Shown: positions 9,690 through 18,926, counted from the stretch's first letter. The stretch: DNA of 32,000 bases from Psychrobacter sp. DM4 (GCF_051307035.1 NZ_CP195536.1:2670001-2702000); one strand, 5' to 3'. Numbers and translations are program-made. The notes: generated by a model not told the origin, from the letters alone.

Positions 9690-9860
9690 TATCTATCGAT
9701 TCTATCTCTAATGATGTAATCGTCTCAATTAGTTACGTAAAAGTCCATTTATTTTAAAAAATAGTTATCGCTTTCAATAGCTTATCTTGATATCTTTACA
9801 CAATCTTACATACCTCCTTTTTAGTGACATAGGTTAACACTTGTACACAAGATGCTTGTG

Positions 9861-9930
9861 ATTCACTACCTAATAGTGTTACTAATATTAGTCGCTTTTG
9901 GCTAAGCTTGCCGTATATTCACTACCTAAT
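9861..9930. repeat. Two perfect 14-bp direct repeats ATTCACTACCTAAT (9861-9874 and 9917-9930)
   Basis: Read directly from the sequence. Start-to-start spacing is 56 bp. They lie in the AT-rich leader/promoter region, ~90-160 bp upstream of the 10021 CDS. Confidence 0.9.
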
Positions 9931-10020
9931 TACTGGTATAAGTACTTAATTTATGTATTTGAGGATAGTGAATACCTCAACCTTATACTGATTGATATGC
10001 ATTACTTAAAAGGAATGGTT

Positions 10021-11079
10021 ATGACCCCTACTTATTCATCTCAGCGTCGCCCATCATGGCGCGGTGTATTAGCCGGTCTCGTTATGGGACTGATTGTCGT
10101 CATGGCGATGATTGCTCTTGCGCTGGTACTAAGCTCTTTTCTCCCTTTTGATTTGAAAGGTACGAGTATTGCAGGCGGCATATATGCTGCAGTAACTGCT
10201 TTAGTCAGCGCGTTTATCGCAGGTTACTTTGCGATTAAATTTTCGGCACCAGAAGCTATATTTGGTGACGGCACTGATGTTGATCCAAAAGACGCCAGCC
10301 TAACGGGTATGTTGACTGCCGCGTTAATCATACTATTCACAACCTTCTTTACCTTGAGTAGCGCGACTGGCATTCTAGCGTCAGCAGGTAATGCTATTGG
10401 TGGTACAGTCAGCACTGTAGCCAAGACAGCAGGCGGCGTGGCCGCAGCAGGAACATCAGCAGTAGGTACGGCAGCTGTTGCCGCGCCAGATAGCACCATT
10501 GAGCAGCTCCAACAACGTGCGCAGCAAGCGTATCAAACGGTCTCTGGTAACATCAGCAAAGAAGACTTGAACGCCTTAGTAGCTAACAATACTCAAAACT
10601 TGAATGAAGAGCAAATCGCTGCAACCACCAATGTCGTTGAGCAAATGATTAATGAGACTCAAGGTGACGTAGCTGATATGGACTTCACGAGTATCGATAC
10701 TTGGCGTAACATTGATGACTATGCCAAACAGCGTATGGCATCAATTGAGCAGACATTGAAAAGTGATGATCTGATTACTCGCCTGCAAGCTGAAGGCCTG
10801 ACTGAAGCACAAGCGCTTGAAGTACGCAATGAAGTCACGCAATCATTCAATGAGTATAAGATGAAAACTGAGCAGTATATCGCTCAAGCACAGCAGACTG
10901 TCGATCAGAACTTGCAACAAGCTGAAGATGTGGCTCGTAAAGCGGCATTGTACAGTGGCCTATTCTGGTTAATCAGCGCGCTATTGACCTTTGTCGCGGC
11001 TATCGCTGGCGCAAAAAGTGCTGCAACTAAGCATCGCTTAGATCGTCCAATCGTCACTTATGGTGACAATGTTCGTTAA
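10021..11079 (+). CDS. Hypothetical membrane protein: N-terminal TM bundle, Ala/Gly-rich linker, Gln/Glu-rich helical domain, C-terminal TM anchor
   Basis: ATG at 10021 is preceded by AAAGGA (10008-10013). The track start at 9898 is a TTG inside an AT-rich leader. Hydrophobic segments include VLAGLVMGLIVVMAMIALALVL, IAGGIYAAVTALVSAFIAGYFAI and LTGMLTAALIILFTTFFTL, plus a C-terminal LYSGLFWLISALLTFVAAIAGA. No family recognised. Confidence 0.7.
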   Translation: MTPTYSSQRRPSWRGVLAGLVMGLIVVMAMIALALVLSSFLPFDLKGTSIAGGIYAAVTALVSAFIAGYFAIKFSAPEAIFGDGTDVDPKDASLTGMLTAALIILFTTFFTLSSATGILASAGNAIGGTVSTVAKTAGGVAAAGTSAVGTAAVAAPDSTIEQLQQRAQQAYQTVSGNISKEDLNALVANNTQNLNEEQIAATTNVVEQMINETQGDVADMDFTSIDTWRNIDDYAKQRMASIEQTLKSDDLITRLQAEGLTEAQALEVRNEVTQSFNEYKMKTEQYIAQAQQTVDQNLQQAEDVARKAALYSGLFWLISALLTFVAAIAGAKSAATKHRLDRPIVTYGDNVR

Positions 11080-11104
11080 TTACTTGCCTTAAAAGTCAAT
11101 CAAT

Positions 11105-11139
11105 AAAAAAGCCTAGTCTTAATGATTAGGCTTTTTTTA
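11105..11139. terminator. Bidirectional rho-independent terminator between convergent genes
   Basis: AAAAAAGCCTAGTC-TTAATG-ATTAGGCTTTTTTT: a hairpin flanked by an A-run and a T-run, between the 10021-11079 (+) and 11178-12077 (-) genes. Confidence 0.8.
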
Positions 11140-11177
11140 TGCTCGGTTTTTATCAGGATGTATTATCAACTAAATAA

Positions 11178-12077
11178 TTAATGAGAACCTGTAAAGCTTT
11201 TCAAAGATAAATTCAGTGATAAATACGTCCCTACTAATATGACGACTGAGCCAATGATAGCCGCGGTATCTAAAGCTTCGCCCAACAGTATATAACCAAA
11301 AATAATCGCAAATATCGGAATGACTAAGGTAATACTAGTAGCACGCATAGGGCCGATGCTCTTGATCAGCTCATTGATAAAAATGAACGCAATGGCGGTT
11401 GAAAACACACCAATACAGACGACAGACACCCATGCTTTTAGACTAATACTCTGACCATAGGGGAACTCATAAATAGCGACGGGTAGCATGACAATGCTTG
11501 CAATGAGCATAGCGCCAATAGTGATAGCGATAGGCGAGGTATCTTGCAAATAGTTCTTAGTGACATTCGCACCAATGGCATAGCCCACGCAGCCGAGCAA
11601 AGCATAACCCATCGGTATCAAGCTTGCACCTAAATCTGAGGCTGCGCCGCCAAACAAGCTCTCGCTCATTAATATTACAACGCCTATGATACCTATCACC
11701 AGACCCAACGTTTGCTTCTTTGAGAGCTTATCATTAAAAAAGGTGCTCGCAATAAAACCACTCATCATCGGTACCGAAGCATTAAGTACCGCAAGTACCC
11801 CCGCGTTCACTGATTGCGCCGCATATGAGAACAGCACAAAAGGGATCGACGTAGACACCAAGCCCACGACAGTAAGTAGTTTCCAATGTTTGCCAACTGC
11901 TCTTATATGGCTTGGGTTAAAAGCCAAAAACGCCAGCATTGTAATGCCTGCAAATATCACGCGCAAGCTTGCAAATGACATTGAGCCAAACTCTGGCACG
12001 CCTACCCTATAAAATATAAAGGATAGCGACCACATAAAAGACAAGCTAATAAAAATAATAAGGTCGCGTCTGCTCAT
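11178..12077 (-). CDS. DMT-superfamily transporter (EamA family)
   Basis: 299-aa polytopic protein of ~10 hydrophobic segments, with the two-fold EamA-like layout and a typical N-terminus (LIIFISLSFMWSLSFIFYRVG). Confidence 0.75.
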   Translation of the reverse strand: MSRRDLIIFISLSFMWSLSFIFYRVGVPEFGSMSFASLRVIFAGITMLAFLAFNPSHIRAVGKHWKLLTVVGLVSTSIPFVLFSYAAQSVNAGVLAVLNASVPMMSGFIASTFFNDKLSKKQTLGLVIGIIGVVILMSESLFGGAASDLGASLIPMGYALLGCVGYAIGANVTKNYLQDTSPIAITIGAMLIASIVMLPVAIYEFPYGQSISLKAWVSVVCIGVFSTAIAFIFINELIKSIGPMRATSITLVIPIFAIIFGYILLGEALDTAAIIGSVVILVGTYLSLNLSLKSFTGSH

Positions 12078-12209
12078 AGTTGGCTCAATTTAGCGGTTAT
12101 TGATATAGAGGTTTGGACAAGTTATTTCGTAGTTATAAAAGCATGCTGATGATAACTTTTTAAGCGTCAAAGCGGTGGTTTATTTATGGGTTATTAGTCT
12201 TCTTTGTGA

Positions 12210-12401
12210 AGACTATGCTTGTTGTCATTTTTAATGTTGGGACTAACCTTTGCTGTAACTGGTTTTGTTTGGTGCTTGTGTTTGGCGTTATTGGCTGCAC
12301 AATTTAGTCAAAAGCTGCGAGAGAATCCAGCGATTAAATCTATTTTGAATAGAGTCAGTGGTTTGGTATTTATTGGCTTGGGAGTTAAATTACTTACTTA
12401 G
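12210..12401 (+). pseudogene. C-terminal fragment of a LysE/RhtB-family amino-acid exporter gene
   Basis: Only ~60 codons are open (stop at 12207-12209, TTG at 12219). The sequence LGLTFAVTGFVWCLCLALLAAQFSQKLRENPAIKSILNRVSGLVFIGLGVKLL resembles the last two helices of LysE-family proteins, which are ~200 aa. Only ~140 bp separate it from the neighbouring EamA start, so the N-terminal three quarters are absent. Confidence 0.5.
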
Positions 12402-12477
12402 AAAGGGCGAGACAGATAATAGCGAAAAGTAGGATAGGTTTCCTAAGGCACAGTGCTACCCTAAAATTAACTTCCAT

Positions 12478-12508
12478 AAAAAAGCCCAGCCATAAAAACT
12501 GAGCTTTT
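12478..12508 (-). terminator. Rho-independent terminator of acnA
   Basis: On the minus-strand RNA, AAAAGCUCAG-loop-CUGGGCUUUUUU forms a stem with one U-G wobble followed by a U-run. It lies ~25 nt after the acnA stop. Confidence 0.7.
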
Positions 12509-12531
12509 CTCGTTCTAACTCTAATCAATCA

Positions 12532-15360
12532 TTAAGCAGCGTCTTTATTCTCAGCCGCCAATTGACGTAGCACATAGTGCAACACGCCGCCATGACGCAC
12601 GTATTCGCGCTCTTTTGGCGTTTGTAGACCGACGTTAACCTCAAAGGTTTCTGCTGATCCATCAGCACGCGTAGCGGTGACTTTAGCGGTTTTGCTTTCA
12701 CCATTATCGAGACCACTAATGCTGATCACTTCTGAACCATCGAGCTTGTAAGTCTCAGCGTTTTCACCTTCTTTAAAGGTCAATGGCAACACGCCCATGC
12801 CTACTAGGTTTGAGCGGTGAATACGCTCAAACGAGCTGGTCAGTACCGCTTTTACGCCGAGCAAAATAGTACCTTTAGCTGCCCAATCACGGCTAGAGCC
12901 AGAACCATACTCCGCGCCGCCAAGGACGACGAGCGGACGCTTGTCTTCTTTATACTGCATCGCGGCATCATAAACGGCCATTTCTTCACCGTCTTGTAGC
13001 GTGGCGCTGTCGCCTTTGAAGTAATAGGTATAGCCGCCTTCGCGACCACCCATCATCGTGTTCTTGATACGGATATTAGCAAAAGTACCACGAGTCATGA
13101 CCGCATCATTACCACGGCGTGAGCCATAGCTGTTGAAGTCGGCTTGCATGACGCCGCGCTCTTGCAAGTATTTGCCTGCTGGCGAGTCTGGGTCGATATT
13201 ACCCGCTGGTGAAATATGATCGGTCGTGATTGAATCACCGAACAGACCTAAGATGCGTGCGCCTTCGATATCACGGATACCGTCTGGTTCCATGGTCATA
13301 CCATCAAAGAACGGTGGGTTTTTGATATATGTCGAGCCTTCATCCCATGGATACAGCTGGCTATCGGCTGAGCTAATGGCGTTCCAAGCAGCACTACCGT
13401 CAAACACTTCGCCATAGTTTTTGCGGAACATTTCAGCATCGATATTGTTGGCAATCAGCTCATTGATCTCGTCAGATGTTGGCCAGATGTCTTTTAGGAA
13501 CACATCATTGCCATCTTGGTCTTGACCTAGCGGATGCGTAGTCATATCGATATCGACCGTACCAGCGAGTGCATAAGCGACGACCAATGGCGGTGACGCC
13601 AAGTAGCTTGCTTTCACATGCGAGTGAATACGACCTTCAAAGTTACGGTTACCAGACAGTACAGCCGCAGCGACCAAGTCATTTTCTTCAATACCTTTTT
13701 CGATAGATTCGAGCAGCGGGCCTGAGTTACCAATACAAGTCGTACAACCATAACCGACTAAGTAAAAGCCTGTTTTTTCCAGCTCATCCATCAGTTTGGT
13801 TTTTTCTAGGTAATCAGTGACGACTTTAGAACCAGGTGCCAATGAGGTTTTTACCCAAGGCTTGGCTTTAAGTCCTTTTGCTGCTGCTTTTTTCGCTACC
13901 AACCCAGCACCAATCATCACCGCAGGGTTTGAGGTGTTGGTACAGGAGGTAATCGCTGCGATAACGACTGAGCCATCGCGCAACTTGTGGTCTGTCTCAT
14001 CAATCTTAACAGTAGAGAAAACCCCATTGGCAGGCTGATAGCCATCATTTTGATTATTATTGACCTTTGGCTTTGCGGCCAAGGTCTCGGCTTGCTCTTG
14101 CTCACCGCCTTCTTGGTCAAAGCGTACTTTACCCTCGACTTCCGATTTGCGATCTTTGGTCATTTTTTCTAAGGTTTCGCCAAATTTTTCATGCATATCA
14201 GATAAGTTGATACGCTGTTGTGGCAAGTTAGGACCAGCAAGCGCAGGCTGTACCGATGATAAATCTAAATGCAAGTTGCTTGAATAGGTCGCTGCTGGGG
14301 TGTCGGCATCGTGCCACATGCCTTGTGCTTTGGCATATTTTTCAACCAGCTCGATTTGCTCTTCGTCGCGGCCTGATAGACGCAGATAATCAATCGCCAT
14401 TTGGTCAATTGGGAAAATACCACAAGTTGCGCCATATTCTGGTGACATATTGGCAATCGTCGCACGATCGGCGAGCGGCATACTGTGTAGGCCTTTACCA
14501 TAAAACTCGACGAATTTACCGACTACGCCATGAGCACGTAGCATTTCAACCACACGCAATACTAAATCCGTGGCGGTGACGCCTTCGGTTAATTTACCCG
14601 TCATCTCAAAACCAACGACTTGTGGAATCAGCATTGATGATGGCTGACCAAGCATGGCAGCTTCTGCTTCAATACCGCCCACGCCCCAACCAAGCACGCC
14701 AATACCATTAATCATCGTAGTATGGCTGTCAGTACCAAACACCGTATCAGGATAAGCGGTTAATTCTCCATCTACGTCAGCAGCCATCACCACACGTGCT
14801 AAATACTCAAGGTTGACCTGATGGACGATACCGGTCGCTGGCGGTACGACAACGAAGTTTTCAAAGGCGTTACGACCCCAATGCAAGAACTCATAGCGCT
14901 CATTATTACGCTTAAATTCGATCTTTTCGTTCAAATCTAGCGCATCTTCGCGACCATAAGCATCCACTTGTACGGAGTGATCGACGACCAATTCACTAGG
15001 GATAAACGGGTTAATTTGCTCGGCTTTACCGCCCAGCTCAACCACGGCATCACGCATGGCTGCCAAATCGACGACCGATGGCACACCAGTGAAATCCTGC
15101 AAAACGACGCGAGCAGGCATAAAGGCGATTTCTTTTGAAGCTTCAGCACCTGCATCCCAATTGGCAACCGCTTCGATGTGGTTCTTACCGACAGATTGAC
15201 CGTCGTCTTCGTTACGCAGTAGGTTTTCTAATACGACTTTCATGCAATATGGCAGCTTACTAATATTGCTATAAGTTTTGGTCAGCTCAGGCAGACTGTA
15301 GTAGGCATGTTCCTTGCCATCGACTGATAGGGTGTCTTTTACGTCAAAGATATCACTCAT
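12532..15360 (-). CDS. acnA: Aconitate hydratase A
   Basis: 942-aa ORF with Fe-S cluster ligand blocks ITSCTNTSNP and GCTTCIGNSGPL. Colinear with AcnA/IRP-type aconitases. Shine-Dalgarno GAAGGAAG precedes the ATG. Confidence 0.95.
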   Translation of the reverse strand: MSDIFDVKDTLSVDGKEHAYYSLPELTKTYSNISKLPYCMKVVLENLLRNEDDGQSVGKNHIEAVANWDAGAEASKEIAFMPARVVLQDFTGVPSVVDLAAMRDAVVELGGKAEQINPFIPSELVVDHSVQVDAYGREDALDLNEKIEFKRNNERYEFLHWGRNAFENFVVVPPATGIVHQVNLEYLARVVMAADVDGELTAYPDTVFGTDSHTTMINGIGVLGWGVGGIEAEAAMLGQPSSMLIPQVVGFEMTGKLTEGVTATDLVLRVVEMLRAHGVVGKFVEFYGKGLHSMPLADRATIANMSPEYGATCGIFPIDQMAIDYLRLSGRDEEQIELVEKYAKAQGMWHDADTPAATYSSNLHLDLSSVQPALAGPNLPQQRINLSDMHEKFGETLEKMTKDRKSEVEGKVRFDQEGGEQEQAETLAAKPKVNNNQNDGYQPANGVFSTVKIDETDHKLRDGSVVIAAITSCTNTSNPAVMIGAGLVAKKAAAKGLKAKPWVKTSLAPGSKVVTDYLEKTKLMDELEKTGFYLVGYGCTTCIGNSGPLLESIEKGIEENDLVAAAVLSGNRNFEGRIHSHVKASYLASPPLVVAYALAGTVDIDMTTHPLGQDQDGNDVFLKDIWPTSDEINELIANNIDAEMFRKNYGEVFDGSAAWNAISSADSQLYPWDEGSTYIKNPPFFDGMTMEPDGIRDIEGARILGLFGDSITTDHISPAGNIDPDSPAGKYLQERGVMQADFNSYGSRRGNDAVMTRGTFANIRIKNTMMGGREGGYTYYFKGDSATLQDGEEMAVYDAAMQYKEDKRPLVVLGGAEYGSGSSRDWAAKGTILLGVKAVLTSSFERIHRSNLVGMGVLPLTFKEGENAETYKLDGSEVISISGLDNGESKTAKVTATRADGSAETFEVNVGLQTPKEREYVRHGGVLHYVLRQLAAENKDAA

Positions 15361-15437
15361 GAGTTGCTTCCTTCTTTTGGTTATAGGTGGCTACAAATTA
15401 TCATTATTATGAGTCGTTTAAATTTTAGCTATCAGCT

Positions 15438-15471
15438 TAAAAGCTTAACATTTATAAATAAAAGCTTAACA
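15438..15471. repeat. Two perfect 13-bp direct repeats TAAAAGCTTAACA (15438-15450 and 15459-15471), plus a third partial AGCTTAA copy at 15434-15440
   Basis: Read directly from the sequence. Start-to-start spacing is 21 bp, about two helical turns. They lie 80-110 bp upstream of the acnA start. Confidence 0.9.
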
Positions 15472-15629
15472 AAAACGATAACAGAACTATAAACCGTTAA
15501 CAGTAATATCCTTTTACCATAACAAATAAGCTTACAGATGTTAATGACTGAGCGTAGGCAAATGGTGGCAGAATCGTAACTAAAGAGTGATACAAAGCAA
15601 AAGTTAGTAGGCTAATACCAAGACAAAAT

Positions 15630-16625
15630 TTATTTCTGACGCAAGCGACCGCTACGAAAGACATAGCTATCATTATAAAAACAAGGATCGCTGTTTTCAG
15701 CCCAAAATCGTGGCACGCCTAGTATCGGTAGCGGTGATAAATAACGTGGTGAGACGGCTTCATTTGATAATAACTCATGCATATAACGGGCAAGCTTGTC
15801 ATCGAGTAACGTCATACGCTCAGACATCGATAATACAAAAAAATCTTGGCTTACTTGGATGATGACACTGTGCGCACATAAAGGCTTGCGCGGCGTAATC
15901 AACTGCTCAAGTAGCGCATGACCAAAAATATAAACCGCCGCTTGCGCATCGGCGTTAGGCTGCGTTGGATCGTCCCAATGGTGTCGCGTCTCAATCAAAC
16001 TACCTTGCCAATCGAAACAGGTCAAGGCGTCGCCAATACTAGGGTTTGAGGTGACTAGCACTGCTCCGTTTTCATCAAATACCGTGATAGTATCGCGAAC
16101 CCGCCCTCGAGTCGCACCAGTATTATGCTCCTGTGTATCGGTTGCAAGCTTTAGCATATGATAATAATTAAGCACGGCTTTGGTCTTAGGAAAAGTGAGC
16201 CAAATGCTACCGTTAAATAAATCATGTAGATTATTGCGCGTTGGAATACGACCTGTCGTACCGATAAAGTGCTCGTACCCTACGCCTTCTGGTAGCGCGT
16301 TTTGTGAGACAAATTTGAGCGCGTGAGTATCGTTATACGCCGCAGGTTTGATGGTCGGTTGAGGCATTTTTGAATCGTTACTTTGCTTCTTTATAGCTGA
16401 GTTTAAGATGTCAGCGATGATGTCCAAATGCTCTGTACGGTCAAGAGTAGCGCCCTTATCTGTCGCACTTAGTTGCGTTATCGTTTGGCTGATACCGCTT
16501 AGTTGACTCAAATGACATAACCATGGCGCGTGCCAGTCAATTTTAGCGAAGCGACTATCGAGTGATTTTTTGGGTGTTGTTGCGGTGTTCGAATGAACAT
16601 CAAGGATCAGATCAGTAGGCATCAT
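15630..16625 (-). CDS. Conserved hypothetical protein, resembles the DUF3025 family
   Basis: 331-aa ORF. Blocks such as YEHFIGTTGRIPTRNNLHDLFNGSIWLTFPKTK and LPILGVPRFW match my recollection of DUF3025 proteins. The family name is recalled, not verified. Confidence 0.5.
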   Translation of the reverse strand: MMPTDLILDVHSNTATTPKKSLDSRFAKIDWHAPWLCHLSQLSGISQTITQLSATDKGATLDRTEHLDIIADILNSAIKKQSNDSKMPQPTIKPAAYNDTHALKFVSQNALPEGVGYEHFIGTTGRIPTRNNLHDLFNGSIWLTFPKTKAVLNYYHMLKLATDTQEHNTGATRGRVRDTITVFDENGAVLVTSNPSIGDALTCFDWQGSLIETRHHWDDPTQPNADAQAAVYIFGHALLEQLITPRKPLCAHSVIIQVSQDFFVLSMSERMTLLDDKLARYMHELLSNEAVSPRYLSPLPILGVPRFWAENSDPCFYNDSYVFRSGRLRQK

Positions 16626-16736
16626 AGCAATTATCTCTAGCAGGCATCTGGCTTGTCTATGGTATCATAAAGCGCTTTTTTAGCAGGCGCAGTCTCATTT
16701 AACATCAGTGACCAGTAGCATTTATGACGAGTATTT

Positions 16737-17462
16737 ATGGCGAATTTTAACACTCATTTAAACGGCGCGTTTGCCGTTAGTGGACTTGTAGCACTGACAA
16801 TTTATAAAGCGGGATTAATCGATGACTCTGGGTTTTTGTTATGCGTGGCGCTTGGCACCATAGGGGGTCTGTTACCTGATCTGGACTCTGATAACTCAAC
16901 TCCGATCAAGCTTGGCTTTAATCTAATGTCATTTGTGTTTGCCTTTGGTCTTGTGATGCATTGGCGTGATGAGCTAAGTTTGCTCGCCCTTGTAGGGCTG
17001 TGGCTTGCAGGTTATGGGTTTATGCGTTACGTGGTTTTTAGTATTTTTACGCGTATGACGGTACATCGCGGTGTCATTCATTCCGTACCTTATATGGCAG
17101 TGTTGGGTCTGGGGCTAGTAAGCTTAAGTTACTACGTACTCGGCAATGCTTTGACAGCTAGTTGGTTCTTTGGACTGTTTTTGTTTGGCGGGGCGATGGT
17201 GCACTTAGCGTTAGATGAACTCTACAGCGTCAATCTAATGGGCATGACAATGAAGCGCTCATCGGGTACAGCGATGAAGTTTTATGCGCACAAAGATAAA
17301 TGGTGGTACGTGCTGCTCTATGTCCTGATTGCTCTACTGATATATTTTGCGCCGCCCTTTACCGAGTTTTGGCAACAGCTACGCGATCCTGAACCTTGGA
17401 CGCAGCTTAGAGTCGGTATGTTGCCTGCGGTGCTAGAAGACTTTTTGCGTTATAACAGATGA
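16737..17462 (+). CDS. Membrane-bound metal-dependent hydrolase, YdjM/DUF457 family
   Basis: 241-aa polytopic protein with spaced His/Asp motifs (NTHL, LLPDLDS, HRGVIHS, HLALDE), as in YdjM-like proteins. Confidence 0.65.
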   Translation: MANFNTHLNGAFAVSGLVALTIYKAGLIDDSGFLLCVALGTIGGLLPDLDSDNSTPIKLGFNLMSFVFAFGLVMHWRDELSLLALVGLWLAGYGFMRYVVFSIFTRMTVHRGVIHSVPYMAVLGLGLVSLSYYVLGNALTASWFFGLFLFGGAMVHLALDELYSVNLMGMTMKRSSGTAMKFYAHKDKWWYVLLYVLIALLIYFAPPFTEFWQQLRDPEPWTQLRVGMLPAVLEDFLRYNR

Positions 17463-17481
17463 AAAATCATAAGAGTAAATT

Positions 17482-18024
17482 ATGCCACCATGTCCCTGCC
17501 AAGTTTCACCAAAATTAGATTTTTTGACGAAGCCTGTAGCCTACAGTGACTGCTGTCAGCCTTATCATGATAGTCTGCTCAATGACGATACGGCGACGAT
17601 ACAAGCTGAGACGGCTGAGCGTTTGATGCGGTCGCGTTATAGCGCCTTTGTCATGTTAAAACCTGATTATATCGTCAAGACTACCCTGCCTGCGCAGCAG
17701 GACTTTCTTGATATAAATGCGATTGAGTCTTGGGCACGCGCGACCAATTGGGCAGGATTAGAAATCTTAGAGCACACAGCCAAGCTGGGTAAGCGCCATG
17801 CGCAAGTTGAGTTTGAGGCGTACTTTAACAGCTCTGAGAATAAGGATGATGGCTTAAAAGCGCATCATGAGCGCTCTACTTTTTTGAAGGTTAAAAGCAG
17901 AGCAGATAACAGTGAGCGCTGGTACTTTTTGGATCCCACGGTTGAGATAAATATCAGTCAAAAACAGCCGTGTATTTGCGGATCAGGTGAGAAGTTTAAG
18001 CGCTGTTGTGGACTATACGTCTAA
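17482..18024 (+). CDS. ychJ: YchJ-family protein (UPF0225, SEC-C metal-binding motifs)
   Basis: N-terminal CPC...CC motif, LMRSRYSAFV block and C-terminal SEC-C motif CICGSGEKFKRCCG. Colinear with E. coli YchJ. Its stop (18022-18024) overlaps the convergent stop of the next gene. Confidence 0.8.
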   Translation: MPPCPCQVSPKLDFLTKPVAYSDCCQPYHDSLLNDDTATIQAETAERLMRSRYSAFVMLKPDYIVKTTLPAQQDFLDINAIESWARATNWAGLEILEHTAKLGKRHAQVEFEAYFNSSENKDDGLKAHHERSTFLKVKSRADNSERWYFLDPTVEINISQKQPCICGSGEKFKRCCGLYV

Positions 18025-18926
18025 ACACTCGCCCCAACCGCCCGCGCAATCGCAATGCCTTCGTCGATCGTCAAAAACTTACGCTGGCTTGGGCTGTTCT
18101 TATAGACGACGTCACCGTTTTGGAATATTAGGCATTCATTGACCGCTATCTGTTGCCATTTCTCATTTTTGGTCAGTGGCACGGTGACTAAGATCGTCGT
18201 CTTGTCCGTATCATCAGTCACATCACCGAAGTTGATGGATATCTCATCATCAGCGAGTTCTGCCTCGCCAAACGGCGCTTGGCGTGTGAGATAAAACAGT
18301 AAGCTACCCGCGTATGCCAGTTGCCACTCACCATTCGATATAAGGCAATTAAATAGGCCGTTGGCTGATAGATAACGGCACTGAGTGGTCAAAAAGTTAA
18401 ATAGTGTGTCGTTATCAGGACGCGATTTGAAGCTGCTCTTTAGGCGATTGATAAGATAGCAAAACGCCATTTCAGAGTCAGTATTACCCACAGGCTGACA
18501 GTGCGAGGCGTTGCCATTATCCTGCAAGCGTTGGCAGCGTTTGACAAAATCGCTACTCATCTGACCATTATGTGCGAATACCCACTGCTCGCCCCAAACC
18601 TCACGGACGAACGGATGGGTGTTCGCCAGACAATTTTGCCCTTGCGTCGCTTTGCGAATGTGCGCGATGACATTCATCGCTTTGATGGGATAGTTATTGA
18701 CCAAGTCAGCAACGGGCGATAGATGGCTTGGACGATTGTCATGGAACAAGCGTAGGCCTGTTGAAGCATTGGTAGTACCACTTAGCGCACATTCACCACG
18801 CTCAAAGAACGCAATACCAAAACCATCTTCATGACTATCAGTCATACCGCCGCGGCGACGAAAGCCTGCAAAGCTAAAGCCGATATCGGTTGGGGTATTA
18901 CAGTTCATTCCTAAAAGTTGACACAT
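18021..18926 (-). CDS. Class-II (Ntn-type) glutamine amidotransferase, YafJ-like, paralog 1
   Basis: Starts MCQLLGMNCN, so the nucleophile Cys follows the initiator Met. GATase-2 blocks are EDGFGIAFFE and HPFVREVWGEQWVFAHNG. Confidence 0.8.
   Translation of the reverse strand: MCQLLGMNCNTPTDIGFSFAGFRRRGGMTDSHEDGFGIAFFERGECALSGTTNASTGLRLFHDNRPSHLSPVADLVNNYPIKAMNVIAHIRKATQGQNCLANTHPFVREVWGEQWVFAHNGQMSSDFVKRCQRLQDNGNASHCQPVGNTDSEMAFCYLINRLKSSFKSRPDNDTLFNFLTTQCRYLSANGLFNCLISNGEWQLAYAGSLLFYLTRQAPFGEAELADDEISINFGDVTDDTDKTTILVTVPLTKNEKWQQIAVNECLIFQNGDVVYKNSPSQRKFLTIDEGIAIARAVGASV

Noticed and set aside
15390-15412. A Fur-box-like sequence (ATTATCATTAT core) between the acnA promoter region and the start codon.
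   Set aside because: By hand alignment only about 13 of 19 positions match GATAATGATAATCATTATC, and the surrounding DNA is very AT-rich, so a match this weak is expected by chance. Direct Fur repression of aconitase would also be atypical.
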